From the IMG/VR virus record IMGVR_UViG_3300009104_001476: 64,000 nucleotides of DNA; one strand, 5' to 3'. The translations under genes and the position numbers were made by a program. This document shows positions 1 to 8,703 of the stretch, piece after piece; positions within the stretch are counted from its first letter, which is position 1; each line of letters opens with the position of its first letter. The notes beneath the pieces were generated by a model. It was not told where the DNA came from and did not search any database. It was given only the letters and a program-made list of their open reading frames with translations. This DNA is from a virus.

Positions 1-104
1 GAGAACTTCTCTTGGTCTTTTATTATGATTAAAGATAGCTCTCCTATTTCTTCAAGCTTTTCTTGTATATGCTCAATCTTACTTTTTGGTAACAAATAAT
101 CCAT
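1..104 (-). CDS. Partial hypothetical protein (MDYLLPKSKIEHIQEKLEEIGEL..., runs off the window start)
   Basis: Read by hand: ATG at 104-102, open to base 1; GTGTAA motif (118-113) lies 8 nt upstream. Confidence 0.6.
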   Translation of the reverse strand, partial: MDYLLPKSKIEHIQEKLEEIGELSLIIIKDQEKF

Positions 105-121
105 ATTCTGGATTACACCTC

Positions 122-469
122 TTACTTACCTCTATATTGAGCTTTACGGCTTCTTTCAGTTTTCCTCCACCCACATTCATGATATAAAAATCTACTTATA
201 GTATTAGCAAATTTATATATTTCTTTTTCTGGCTTGTCCCAAAAGAAAGCATGAGCAAATTCATGGATGCACGTATTAAGTTCTGTTTGCTTGGTATTGT
301 AAGGATTTATACAGATTTTAGGATGTTTCTCGGTAGGATCTTCGCAAATCCCATCACATTTTTCCCCATAAAGCCTTTTATCTGGTTTTCTAAAAACAAC
401 CTCGTATTCCACCCCTTTACAGTTCCTAAACACGAAATTGCCATTTCTCGCCTTAGTCCGTCTGCGCAT
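122..469 (-). CDS. Small zincin-like metallopeptidase (HExxH)
   Basis: IHEFAHAF motif preceded by an E..NT helix; GTGTAA motif 8 nt upstream. Confidence 0.65.
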   Translation of the reverse strand: MRRRTKARNGNFVFRNCKGVEYEVVFRKPDKRLYGEKCDGICEDPTEKHPKICINPYNTKQTELNTCIHEFAHAFFWDKPEKEIYKFANTISRFLYHECGWRKTERSRKAQYRGK

Positions 470-545
470 ATCTAAATTTACACTCTATAAGAATACCGTC
501 TAATTTATATTAGATTTTAAATTTTTTTTTAATATTATAAGATAA

Positions 546-929
546 ATGAAGACTTATTGTACAAATTGTGGTTGTAAGGTAGAGCACCTAGCTCAACAAA
601 AACCCAACTTTTGCCCAAAGTGTGGATACTCTTTTACTGGGGTATCATCCTCTCAACAAAATGCTCAAATTAATGAAGAAAATGAAGAGGATGAAGAGGC
701 TTTAGGTTTAAATGTCGATAGCGATTTCGAGCTAGAATTCGAATTAGACGAAAAACCAAAACGCTCTAATAAACTGTCCGATCTAATGGGAACATCTGGA
801 GGAGCCCCCAACGATAGCGAGCAAAAGAAAAGGGGAAGAGGCAGGCCTAAAAAAATAAATAAGGAAAAAGTCTGGGAAGACTTCAAAAAGGAAGCAGGTG
901 GAAATCCTCATAAAGAAGCGAACGAATAA
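546..929 (+). CDS. Zinc-ribbon protein with an acidic middle and an AT-hook-like motif
   Basis: CTNC...CPKC pair; EENEEDEE tract; KKRGRGRPKK. Confidence 0.65.
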   Translation: MKTYCTNCGCKVEHLAQQKPNFCPKCGYSFTGVSSSQQNAQINEENEEDEEALGLNVDSDFELEFELDEKPKRSNKLSDLMGTSGGAPNDSEQKKRGRGRPKKINKEKVWEDFKKEAGGNPHKEANE

Positions 930-931
930 AT

Positions 932-1714
932 ATGCCTCGCAAGAATGCAAAAGTTCAAAAAAATCCACCAAAAAAAAGAGCAGCTAATAAAAAGATAGCG
1001 AAAAAAAAACGCGTGTCTACTCCAAAAAAGCGCGTAAAGAAGTTGAAGTTCGAAGACTGCATCCAAGAAATCGATGTAGAGATTTGCAAGAGAAAAAATA
1101 AATGGAATTTAACCGCCTTAGCTTGGATGGATTTTGATGACGTATCCCAAATTTTAAGAATCCATATATTTAAAAAATGGCACCTGTTTGACCAAACAAA
1201 AAAACTAGTCCCTTGGATTAATAGAATAATATCCAACCAAATAAAAAACTTAATAAGAAATCATTATGGTAACTACGTAAGGCCTTGCGTCAAATGCGCT
1301 GCGGCAGAAGGAGAAGATTTATGCGTCATATATGGTAAACAGTGCGCTGATTGTCCCTTGTTTAAAAATTGGTATAAAAACAAAAAAAGCGCATATGATA
1401 CTAAACTACCCATAGCTTTAGAAAACCACTCTCAAGAAGTGTTTTCTGTACAGAACCAAGACTCTTTAGATATGGACGTAGCGTCTCAAAAGCTACATGA
1501 CAGAATGCAAAAAATGTTGAAAGTTAATGAATGGTTAGTTTATAAATATTTATATATAGACCACATGTCAGAAGAACAAGCAGCCAAAAAAATGGGATAT
1601 AAAACTACGGAAAAAAATAGAAGCCCCGGCTACAAACAAATAAAAAATTTAAAAAAATCTATAATAGCTAAAGTTAAAAAATGCTTATTGAATGACGAAA
1701 TAGATATATTTTAA
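932..1714 (+). CDS. Phage RNA polymerase sigma-70/ECF-like factor (probable late sigma) with a Cys-rich insert
   Basis: Region-2-like DFDDVSQILRIHIFKKWHLFD...WINRIISNQIKNLIR; region-4 HTH-like VYKYLYIDHMSEEQAAKKMG; CVKC..C..CADC between them. Confidence 0.7.
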   Translation: MPRKNAKVQKNPPKKRAANKKIAKKKRVSTPKKRVKKLKFEDCIQEIDVEICKRKNKWNLTALAWMDFDDVSQILRIHIFKKWHLFDQTKKLVPWINRIISNQIKNLIRNHYGNYVRPCVKCAAAEGEDLCVIYGKQCADCPLFKNWYKNKKSAYDTKLPIALENHSQEVFSVQNQDSLDMDVASQKLHDRMQKMLKVNEWLVYKYLYIDHMSEEQAAKKMGYKTTEKNRSPGYKQIKNLKKSIIAKVKKCLLNDEIDIF

Positions 1715-1716
1715 TT

Positions 1717-2802
1717 ATGGAAGAAATTTTCTTATCAGAAGAACAAAAAGAAAAGGTTTTGAGCGAATGGAACTCAAAGCCTAACGACCCCCCATCACTT
1801 TTAGAGCTTATCAAGGCAGCGGGGTTTGAAGATAAAGATGGCCGAAGTAAAGAAGGTCGAGCGGTAAAACAATTTTTAGCTTCAAGGCAAATTAAAGCCC
1901 AAGGAGCCCAAAACTATCAACCTAAAAAAAGGGTCAATCTAACGGATGAAGACGTAGAGTTTATTATTAATAACATGGGGATGATGAAATCGATGGAGAT
2001 GGCTCGGGTGATATTTAAAGATGAGACTTTGACCAATCTAAACCAAGAAACTCGAGCGGTCCTTGAGGTCGTACGTTCTCACGAAGAACAAGTGCAGCCT
2101 TATGAAAATACTGATGAAGCCTCTATAGACCAATACAAGCCCCCAAAAACTTTTGATCAGTCCTTGGCAAGAATTAATAAATATATGCATAATGGCATTA
2201 ATAAAACGAAACTTAACATCAAGCAAAAGAAAGACATCCAAGCCCTAATAGGTTTCCTGCATACTTATAGATTTACGCATCAAATTAACAGTTATAATAC
2301 TACAACAGAAAGAGATTTATTTGAAAGTAGTTTTGTCAGATATGCATTTGATAAAAACGATCTGACAGAAGAAGAAGTAGATCAATACATAGTGTTATCT
2401 ACAGAGGTAGTTATAGCTTCAAACATCCAACACCGAGTAGAACACTTGCAGATGCTAATGGATGGGGTGGCAAACGACACAGAAGGCCGAAGAATTTCCA
2501 TGTCTTTAGTGGAAGCTATTAGTACGGCTCAAACAGAGTATAACCAATGTGTTAACAGACAGCATAAACTTTTAGAGAGTCTAAAAGAAAAAAGAAGTGA
2601 CAAACTCAAGAAACAACTACATGAAAATGCTAGCATACTAAATCTAGTGGAGATGTGGAAAGAGGAAGAGAGCAGGAAGCAACTTATTGAGCTGACTGAG
2701 CTTCGCAAGAAGACCTTAAAGAGTGAAATAGATAAGCTTTCCGGGATGGACGAGGTAAGGGCTAGAATCATGGGCATAACAGATGACGAAGCCTTAAATT
2801 AG
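1717..2802 (+). CDS. Helical/coiled-coil hypothetical protein (possible terminase small subunit)
   Basis: 361-aa helical ORF two genes upstream of TerL; role inferred from position only. Confidence 0.4.
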   Translation: MEEIFLSEEQKEKVLSEWNSKPNDPPSLLELIKAAGFEDKDGRSKEGRAVKQFLASRQIKAQGAQNYQPKKRVNLTDEDVEFIINNMGMMKSMEMARVIFKDETLTNLNQETRAVLEVVRSHEEQVQPYENTDEASIDQYKPPKTFDQSLARINKYMHNGINKTKLNIKQKKDIQALIGFLHTYRFTHQINSYNTTTERDLFESSFVRYAFDKNDLTEEEVDQYIVLSTEVVIASNIQHRVEHLQMLMDGVANDTEGRRISMSLVEAISTAQTEYNQCVNRQHKLLESLKEKRSDKLKKQLHENASILNLVEMWKEEESRKQLIELTELRKKTLKSEIDKLSGMDEVRARIMGITDDEALN

Positions 2803-2807
2803 TTATA

Positions 2808-3740
2808 ATGATCTGTAAAGTCTGTAATAAAGAATTCGAAACAGAACGCCAACTTCATGCTCACTTAAAAGCTCATAAGTTGACGATGATAGAATATTAT
2901 CAACAATACTACCCCCGTTACGATCTATACGATAAAAAAATAATAAAATTTAAAAATAAAACTCAATACTTAAATACTGATTTTAACTCTAGGACTAATC
3001 TACGCATGTGGATGAAAGATAAGCCAGAAAATGAAGCTAAAGAATATTGCGCTTCTCTAATGAAAAAAAGAATAGAAAAAAAGGGCATAGAGTACGCTCC
3101 AACTCAAGTAGAGCTAAGAACTATTTTAAGTCCCCCTATTCAGTATCATGATAAGCTATTCGGATCTTACAACCAGTTCTGTGAGGGTTTAGGCCTAAAG
3201 ACTAAATTTGTATCTCCGGGAGAAATAGTCGAAGGCTCAAAATGGAAAGACGCTAAATACAAAATCTACGTAGATACGAGAGAGCAAAGACCTTTAAAAT
3301 TTAAAAATCGTCAAATAGAAATCAAAACTCTAAAGTTTGGAGATTACGCTTTTAGTAACAAGGAGGCGACCTGTAACTGTTATATAGAAAGAAAAAACTT
3401 GTCGGATTTCATAGGCACGATAAGTGGCGGCTACGAACGTTTTATAAATGAAATAGAAAGAGCCAAGGAAGCGGACGCTTATTTAGTTGTCCTAGTAGAA
3501 GACACCTTAACGAACTCGTTAAGCTTCCCATTCTTAAGGCATATATCTAAAAAAATTAAAGCTACTCCTGAATTTATTTTTAATAGAGTCAGAAGTCTTA
3601 CTCAGACTTATCCGCATATCCAATTTTTATTTGTTAAAGGCCGGGTAGAGTCCTCGAGGGTTATAGAAAAAATATTTACTAGCGGGTGCGTTCATGAAAA
3701 GATCGATCTCCAACTAGCATACGATACTAAGAAGTTATAA
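2808..3740 (+). CDS. C2H2 zinc finger plus ERCC4 (XPF/Mus81-like) endonuclease
   Basis: CKVC..HAHLKAH; VDTREQ...GDY...IERKNLSDF signature; TAATG overlap with TerL. Confidence 0.85.
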   Translation: MICKVCNKEFETERQLHAHLKAHKLTMIEYYQQYYPRYDLYDKKIIKFKNKTQYLNTDFNSRTNLRMWMKDKPENEAKEYCASLMKKRIEKKGIEYAPTQVELRTILSPPIQYHDKLFGSYNQFCEGLGLKTKFVSPGEIVEGSKWKDAKYKIYVDTREQRPLKFKNRQIEIKTLKFGDYAFSNKEATCNCYIERKNLSDFIGTISGGYERFINEIERAKEADAYLVVLVEDTLTNSLSFPFLRHISKKIKATPEFIFNRVRSLTQTYPHIQFLFVKGRVESSRVIEKIFTSGCVHEKIDLQLAYDTKKL

Positions 3741-5569
3741 TGTGGTACGCTCCAGAAAAATACAAAAAAGATATACTTGATGTAAATCAAGAGCTTCTTA
3801 AGTTGAAAGGTGATCTAGGAGAAAAAGAGGCCAAGATTACTCTTGTAAAGTTTCTAAAAGCTAACATAGGTTTTACCACGGAGCTTTTATCAGGAATTAA
3901 ATTAGCGCCCTATCAAGAGGTTACTCTTAAAGGATTATTTAATAGGAACTTTAGCATGTGTGTCTGGGGCCGTGGTTGTGGCAAATCTTTTATAGCTGCT
4001 GTTTACTGTTTTTTGCAATGTATTTTTGAGCCGGGAACGAAAATAATGATCGCTGGACCAACCTTTAGGACAGCTAGGAACATATTTACCAATTTAGAAA
4101 AGATGGTAGATTCGAAAGGCGCTGAATTGTTACGGCAAGCGTTTCATATACAACCCTCTAAAAGAAACGACCAATATGAATGGCAAATTAATGGAGGAAC
4201 GATAACAGCAATTCCGTTAAGCGGAGAAAAAATTCGTGGTTTTCGTGCAAACGTTTTGCTTTTAGACGAGTTCTTACTTCTTAGTGAAGACATAGTCAAA
4301 ACTGTTCTTATGCCATTCTTGGTAGCTCCACAGAACATGAAGGAAAGAATTGAAATCAGAGAAATAGAAGACAGACTAATTAAAGAAGGAGCGATGAAAG
4401 AAGAAGACCGAATGGTGTTCGAGAACGATTCTAAAATGATAGCTCTGTCTTCCGCTAGTTACACCTTCGAAAATTTATATAAAACCTACAAAGAGTGGGT
4501 GGAAAAAATTTACTCTAAAGAAGAGTTGGATGCGAGCTATTTTATATCTCAAATGGGATACGAAGCTTTACCGGAAGAGATGATAGACACAACCATTATC
4601 GAAGAAGCTCAAAACGGAGGACAAAGTCATTCAAGTTTTCAACGAGAATATTGTGCTCAGTTCACAGATGGCAGCGATTCTTACTTTAGTGCTAAAAAAA
4701 TGTTTGAGTGCACGGTCCCTGACGGAGATAAGCCAACCACTTTACTTAAAGGTAAACGAGATAAAAAATATATATTAGGAATTGATCCATCTTTTTCTAA
4801 TAGTCCCAGTTCTGATTATTTTGCGATGTCTATTCTAGAACTTGATGATGAAAGAAAAGACGGAACCTTGGTACACAGTTATGCCGTAGCTGGTGGAGAC
4901 TTAAAAGATCATATAAGATATCTTTATTATGTTATTAAAAACTTCGATATAGAAATGATTTGTATTGATAATGCCGGTTATCAATTTATCGACTCCGCTA
5001 ACGAATCTGAGTTATTTTTAAAAGACAACATAGACCTTAAATTCTTCGACTTTAATAGTGAAAAAGATGGCGATAATTATGCTATGGAATTAAAAAGAGC
5101 TAGAAGGGCTTACAATAAACAAAATGGAGCCATATGCTTTAAACAGGTATTCACTTCTGAGTTTATTCGAAAAGCCAACGAACACTTACAAGCGTGTATA
5201 GACCATAAAAAAATATGGTTCGCTTCCAAAACCTCTGCTCATGGCGACGTCTTTACAGGAGCGACAAAACAAAAGGTGGACGTTAGGCTAGTTTCGGAAG
5301 AGAACGTGGGCACATTTATAGAAACTCAAGACGACTTAATCTATCAGACAAAAAGGCAATGTGCTCTCGTAGAGGTTAAAACTACCGCAAGAGGTACGCA
5401 AACTTTCGATTTACCTCATCATCTGAAGCGTAGCACTTCTGCCTCAAGAGCTAGAAAAGATAATTATACCACATTAATGCTTGCAAATTGGGCTTTAAAG
5501 TCTTATTATGATATGATGGAAATAAATTTAGAAGACCAAGACGCTACTTTCGTCCCGAGGATGATATAA
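3740..5569 (+). CDS. terL: Terminase large subunit
   Basis: Walker A GRGCGKS, Walker B VLLLDE, coupling motif LSSAS, RNase H-like nuclease GIDP...IDNAG...RKDNY. Confidence 0.93.
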   Translation: MWYAPEKYKKDILDVNQELLKLKGDLGEKEAKITLVKFLKANIGFTTELLSGIKLAPYQEVTLKGLFNRNFSMCVWGRGCGKSFIAAVYCFLQCIFEPGTKIMIAGPTFRTARNIFTNLEKMVDSKGAELLRQAFHIQPSKRNDQYEWQINGGTITAIPLSGEKIRGFRANVLLLDEFLLLSEDIVKTVLMPFLVAPQNMKERIEIREIEDRLIKEGAMKEEDRMVFENDSKMIALSSASYTFENLYKTYKEWVEKIYSKEELDASYFISQMGYEALPEEMIDTTIIEEAQNGGQSHSSFQREYCAQFTDGSDSYFSAKKMFECTVPDGDKPTTLLKGKRDKKYILGIDPSFSNSPSSDYFAMSILELDDERKDGTLVHSYAVAGGDLKDHIRYLYYVIKNFDIEMICIDNAGYQFIDSANESELFLKDNIDLKFFDFNSEKDGDNYAMELKRARRAYNKQNGAICFKQVFTSEFIRKANEHLQACIDHKKIWFASKTSAHGDVFTGATKQKVDVRLVSEENVGTFIETQDDLIYQTKRQCALVEVKTTARGTQTFDLPHHLKRSTSASRARKDNYTTLMLANWALKSYYDMMEINLEDQDATFVPRMI

Positions 5570-5629
5570 ATTCTCATTTAAGGTTATTTTAGCTCATTTT
5601 TTTAAATTTTAGTTTTTTTTTATTCGTCA

Positions 5630-5635
5630 GTGTAA
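5630..5635 (+). promoter_or_regulatory. GTGTAA putative late promoter (portal)
   Basis: Recurrent motif 13 nt upstream of the ATG; also at 113(-), 478(-), 8692, 11084, 13221, 16601, 26164, 39853, 42339, 43556, 45854, 60969(-). Confidence 0.7.
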
Positions 5636-5648
5636 TATTATCTAAGTT

Positions 5649-7592
5649 ATGCCAGCTAAAAAGACCCAAACTACGAACGCGAAACAAGGGAAACCTTCTA
5701 TAGAAAAAAAGGCTTCTAGGAGGAAAAAGACCTCAAACGAAAGTACCCCCTTGATGACATCCTCTGCTTCTGCTAGGCAAGACACTGGGGTAAGAAGAAA
5801 CAAATCTGGCTCTATAGTCCGAACGGACCGGTTTAGGAACATTGACGAAGGAATGGTTCCCTTTAACTATTCTCTGGGCCCGTATGGAAAATCAGCAACA
5901 AATTTAGACGTAAGAGATACAGTCATCTTATGCCAAAAAGCTTATTATAATTTTGCTGTATTTAGAAACACTATCGATCTTATGACAGAGCTTTCTGTAA
6001 GCGAAGTTTATCTTACGGGTGGAAGTAAGAAGTCTAGGGAATTTTTTAACGCTTTTTTCAAGAAAGTTAATTTGAAAAGTCTACTTGATCGATTTTTCAG
6101 AGAGTATTATAGGTCAGGGAACGTTTTTTTATATAAGTTCGAAAAAGATATTACTAAAGCGGATGCGAAAAGACTGACTCAGACTTACGCTAACACTCTA
6201 GGCAAAATTTCAATTCCTGTTAGGTATACCTTGTTGAATCCCGCAGATATACAAGTAAGCGGTAATATCTCTTTCGCTACTGGAAAATTTTATAAAGTAT
6301 TAAACTCTTATGAAATGATGAGGTTAAAGAACCCTCAGACAGAAGAAGACTACGAGGTTTTAGAAAGTCTTCCTAAAGAAACTAAAGAGCAATTAAATAA
6401 TCAGTCCAAGCAATCCAACTCTATTCTAACCTTACCTTTGGACCCGAATAAAGTTTCAGCAGTTTTTTATAAGAAGCAAGATTATGAGCCTTTCGGAGTT
6501 CCGATGGGTTACCCAGTTTTAGAAGACATAAACTGGAAAGCTGAATTAAAAAAAATGGACATGGCTCTGACTCGGACTATGCAACAAATGATTTTACTTG
6601 TCACCATGGGTACCGAGCCCGACAAAGGAGGAGTGAACCAAAAGAATTTAGCGGCCATGCAGAGCCTTTTCGAAAATGAATCAATAGGCCGGGTTCTGAT
6701 TGCAGATTATACGACAAAAGCAGAATTCGTTATCCCTAAGATTGCAGACTTACTAGACCCTAAAAAATATGAAGTGGTAGATAGAGATATACAAATGGGT
6801 TTAAATAATGTTTTAGTAGGGGGAGAAAAATTCGCTAACCAAAGCGCAAGAATCGATGTGTTTATAGCTAGACTAACCCAAGCGAGAGAAACTTTTATTA
6901 ACGACTTCTTAATGCCTGAAATTAAATCTATAGCTAAAAAATTAGGCTTAAGAAATTATCCTACTCCAATTTTTGAAGACATTAAATTGAAAGACCCTTA
7001 TAACAACAATAGAATCTATAGTCGTTTAATTGAGTTAGGTATTTTAACACCAGAAGAAGGTTTAGAGGCTTTGCAGAGCGGTAGATTACCGACTAAAGAA
7101 GAATCTCTTGAGTCTCAAAAAGAATATGTAGACTACAAAGAGGAAGGCTTGTTCGCGCCTATAGCACCAAATCAAGACGCTGAAGAAGGCTCTAGTCAAA
7201 CAGGCAGTGGTAGACCCAACGGGACGACCAGCCCTCAAAACACAAAAACTATCAAACCGATAGGTGAAGGAGTGGGAAAGGAAATTTTTTCTCTTGAGAA
7301 GGTTAAAGATAACATGATTTTAGCCCAAAAATTAAATAATAAAATTGAGACAGAGCTTAAGAAAAAACACGAGCTTAAAGAATTGTCTCGAGAGCAATTA
7401 AATATAGCTTCTCAAATAGCAGACATAATCATAGTGAACGAAGAGCCTAAGTCTTGGATAAGAAAAGCTAAGAGCTATTTAAATAAGCCCGTAGATAAAA
7501 ATTTAGATAAGGTCAAAGAGGTTCAAAAGCTTGCTGCTGACCATCAGGTTGATGAATATTTAGCGGGTATATTATATGTTAGTAAAAAGTAA
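5649..7592 (+). CDS. Portal protein
   Basis: 647 aa directly after TerL; FRNTIDLM, ...YYRSGNVFLY, GVPMGYPVLEDI helical pattern typical of portals; synteny. Confidence 0.8.
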   Translation: MPAKKTQTTNAKQGKPSIEKKASRRKKTSNESTPLMTSSASARQDTGVRRNKSGSIVRTDRFRNIDEGMVPFNYSLGPYGKSATNLDVRDTVILCQKAYYNFAVFRNTIDLMTELSVSEVYLTGGSKKSREFFNAFFKKVNLKSLLDRFFREYYRSGNVFLYKFEKDITKADAKRLTQTYANTLGKISIPVRYTLLNPADIQVSGNISFATGKFYKVLNSYEMMRLKNPQTEEDYEVLESLPKETKEQLNNQSKQSNSILTLPLDPNKVSAVFYKKQDYEPFGVPMGYPVLEDINWKAELKKMDMALTRTMQQMILLVTMGTEPDKGGVNQKNLAAMQSLFENESIGRVLIADYTTKAEFVIPKIADLLDPKKYEVVDRDIQMGLNNVLVGGEKFANQSARIDVFIARLTQARETFINDFLMPEIKSIAKKLGLRNYPTPIFEDIKLKDPYNNNRIYSRLIELGILTPEEGLEALQSGRLPTKEESLESQKEYVDYKEEGLFAPIAPNQDAEEGSSQTGSGRPNGTTSPQNTKTIKPIGEGVGKEIFSLEKVKDNMILAQKLNNKIETELKKKHELKELSREQLNIASQIADIIIVNEEPKSWIRKAKSYLNKPVDKNLDKVKEVQKLAADHQVDEYLAGILYVSKK

Positions 7593-7594
7593 TT

Positions 7595-8692
7595 ATGTTG
7601 CGAAACCGAATCATTCACCAGAATGAGCTTCTGTATGTTGGACACGCTTTAGAATCCGGTCAAACATATTCTGCCCCTATCGTTACTAATCTAGATAAAG
7701 TCCAGTCTATCTCTTACGAATTCGCTTATGGTAGGTCTGAAGTTTCTGTAGTTGGAGAATCTAGCCCCGTTGATAGGCCCGTTAATTCTAGCCCTATAAC
7801 AAATTTAAATATCGATTATTTAATTGGCTCTTTCCATAATGAAAAACACTTAGGAATGAAAATTACGCCTCAAGGTTTTAGTTCTAGTTTTGCTTTATTA
7901 AGCGGTTTAGCAGACGAAACAGATAGAAGTAACGATAGGAGAAATCTATATTTAGTTACAAGCGAACAGGGCGTAGATGTGATGGAGGGGCAAACCGGGA
8001 ACATAAGCGGGGTGCTATGTTTTCACGATTGTCAAATAAATAGTTACAATGCTAGTTTTACAGTAGGCGACTTACCTAGGGCTTCAATATCTTTGCAAGG
8101 GGTAAACGCAAGTTACTTTAGTTCGGGCTCAGGTTTAGATGTAAAAGTCTTGGATAGAAAAACTGCGGACACGGCAGATACTATAGATGTTTCCATACCC
8201 ATGTCAGGGAACCAGATTTCTTTTTCAGAGACTTTTATTCCCGGAGAGATTAATGTAGAATTCTATAACTCTGACGGTAGCCCTATAGCGACCACTGGAT
8301 TTACTCCGATCACAAACCAAAAAGTCCAATCTTTTGATTTAAGTTTTTCCATTAATAGAAATGAAATTAATTTAGTTGATCATAAGATTAATTATGACAG
8401 ATTGTTGTCTACCCCAATTATAGGAACAAGCTCTATGTCAATTATAGATCACGGAACTCAATCTGGAGACTTATCCGACGTTCTTAATAACTCTGAAGAG
8501 TATAAGATAATAACTAAAATAATGCATAACTCTGCTCATAAAATGAGCTTTACTCTCAATAAAGTAAAAATAGATAAAATAAGTTACTCTCACTCTATAG
8601 GCGACAAGAAAATGATTAACCTTGCCCTCTCTTTCCCTATTGACCCGTTCAATGAAAACAAAAGCCTTAATTTCAGTGGTGCTTATTATTAG
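7595..8692 (+). CDS. Tail-tube-like protein, full-length paralogue of 42375..43493
   Basis: Colinear matches by eye: RNRIIHQ/KNRIIYQ, NLDKVQSISY/NLQRVQNVNY, NEKHLG/NEKTLG, VGDLPRASI/VGDFPTASI, SYSHSIGDKK/SYSTSIGDNK. Confidence 0.75.
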   Translation: MLRNRIIHQNELLYVGHALESGQTYSAPIVTNLDKVQSISYEFAYGRSEVSVVGESSPVDRPVNSSPITNLNIDYLIGSFHNEKHLGMKITPQGFSSSFALLSGLADETDRSNDRRNLYLVTSEQGVDVMEGQTGNISGVLCFHDCQINSYNASFTVGDLPRASISLQGVNASYFSSGSGLDVKVLDRKTADTADTIDVSIPMSGNQISFSETFIPGEINVEFYNSDGSPIATTGFTPITNQKVQSFDLSFSINRNEINLVDHKINYDRLLSTPIIGTSSMSIIDHGTQSGDLSDVLNNSEEYKIITKIMHNSAHKMSFTLNKVKIDKISYSHSIGDKKMINLALSFPIDPFNENKSLNFSGAYY

Positions 8693-8703
8693 TGTAAAGA
8701 CTA

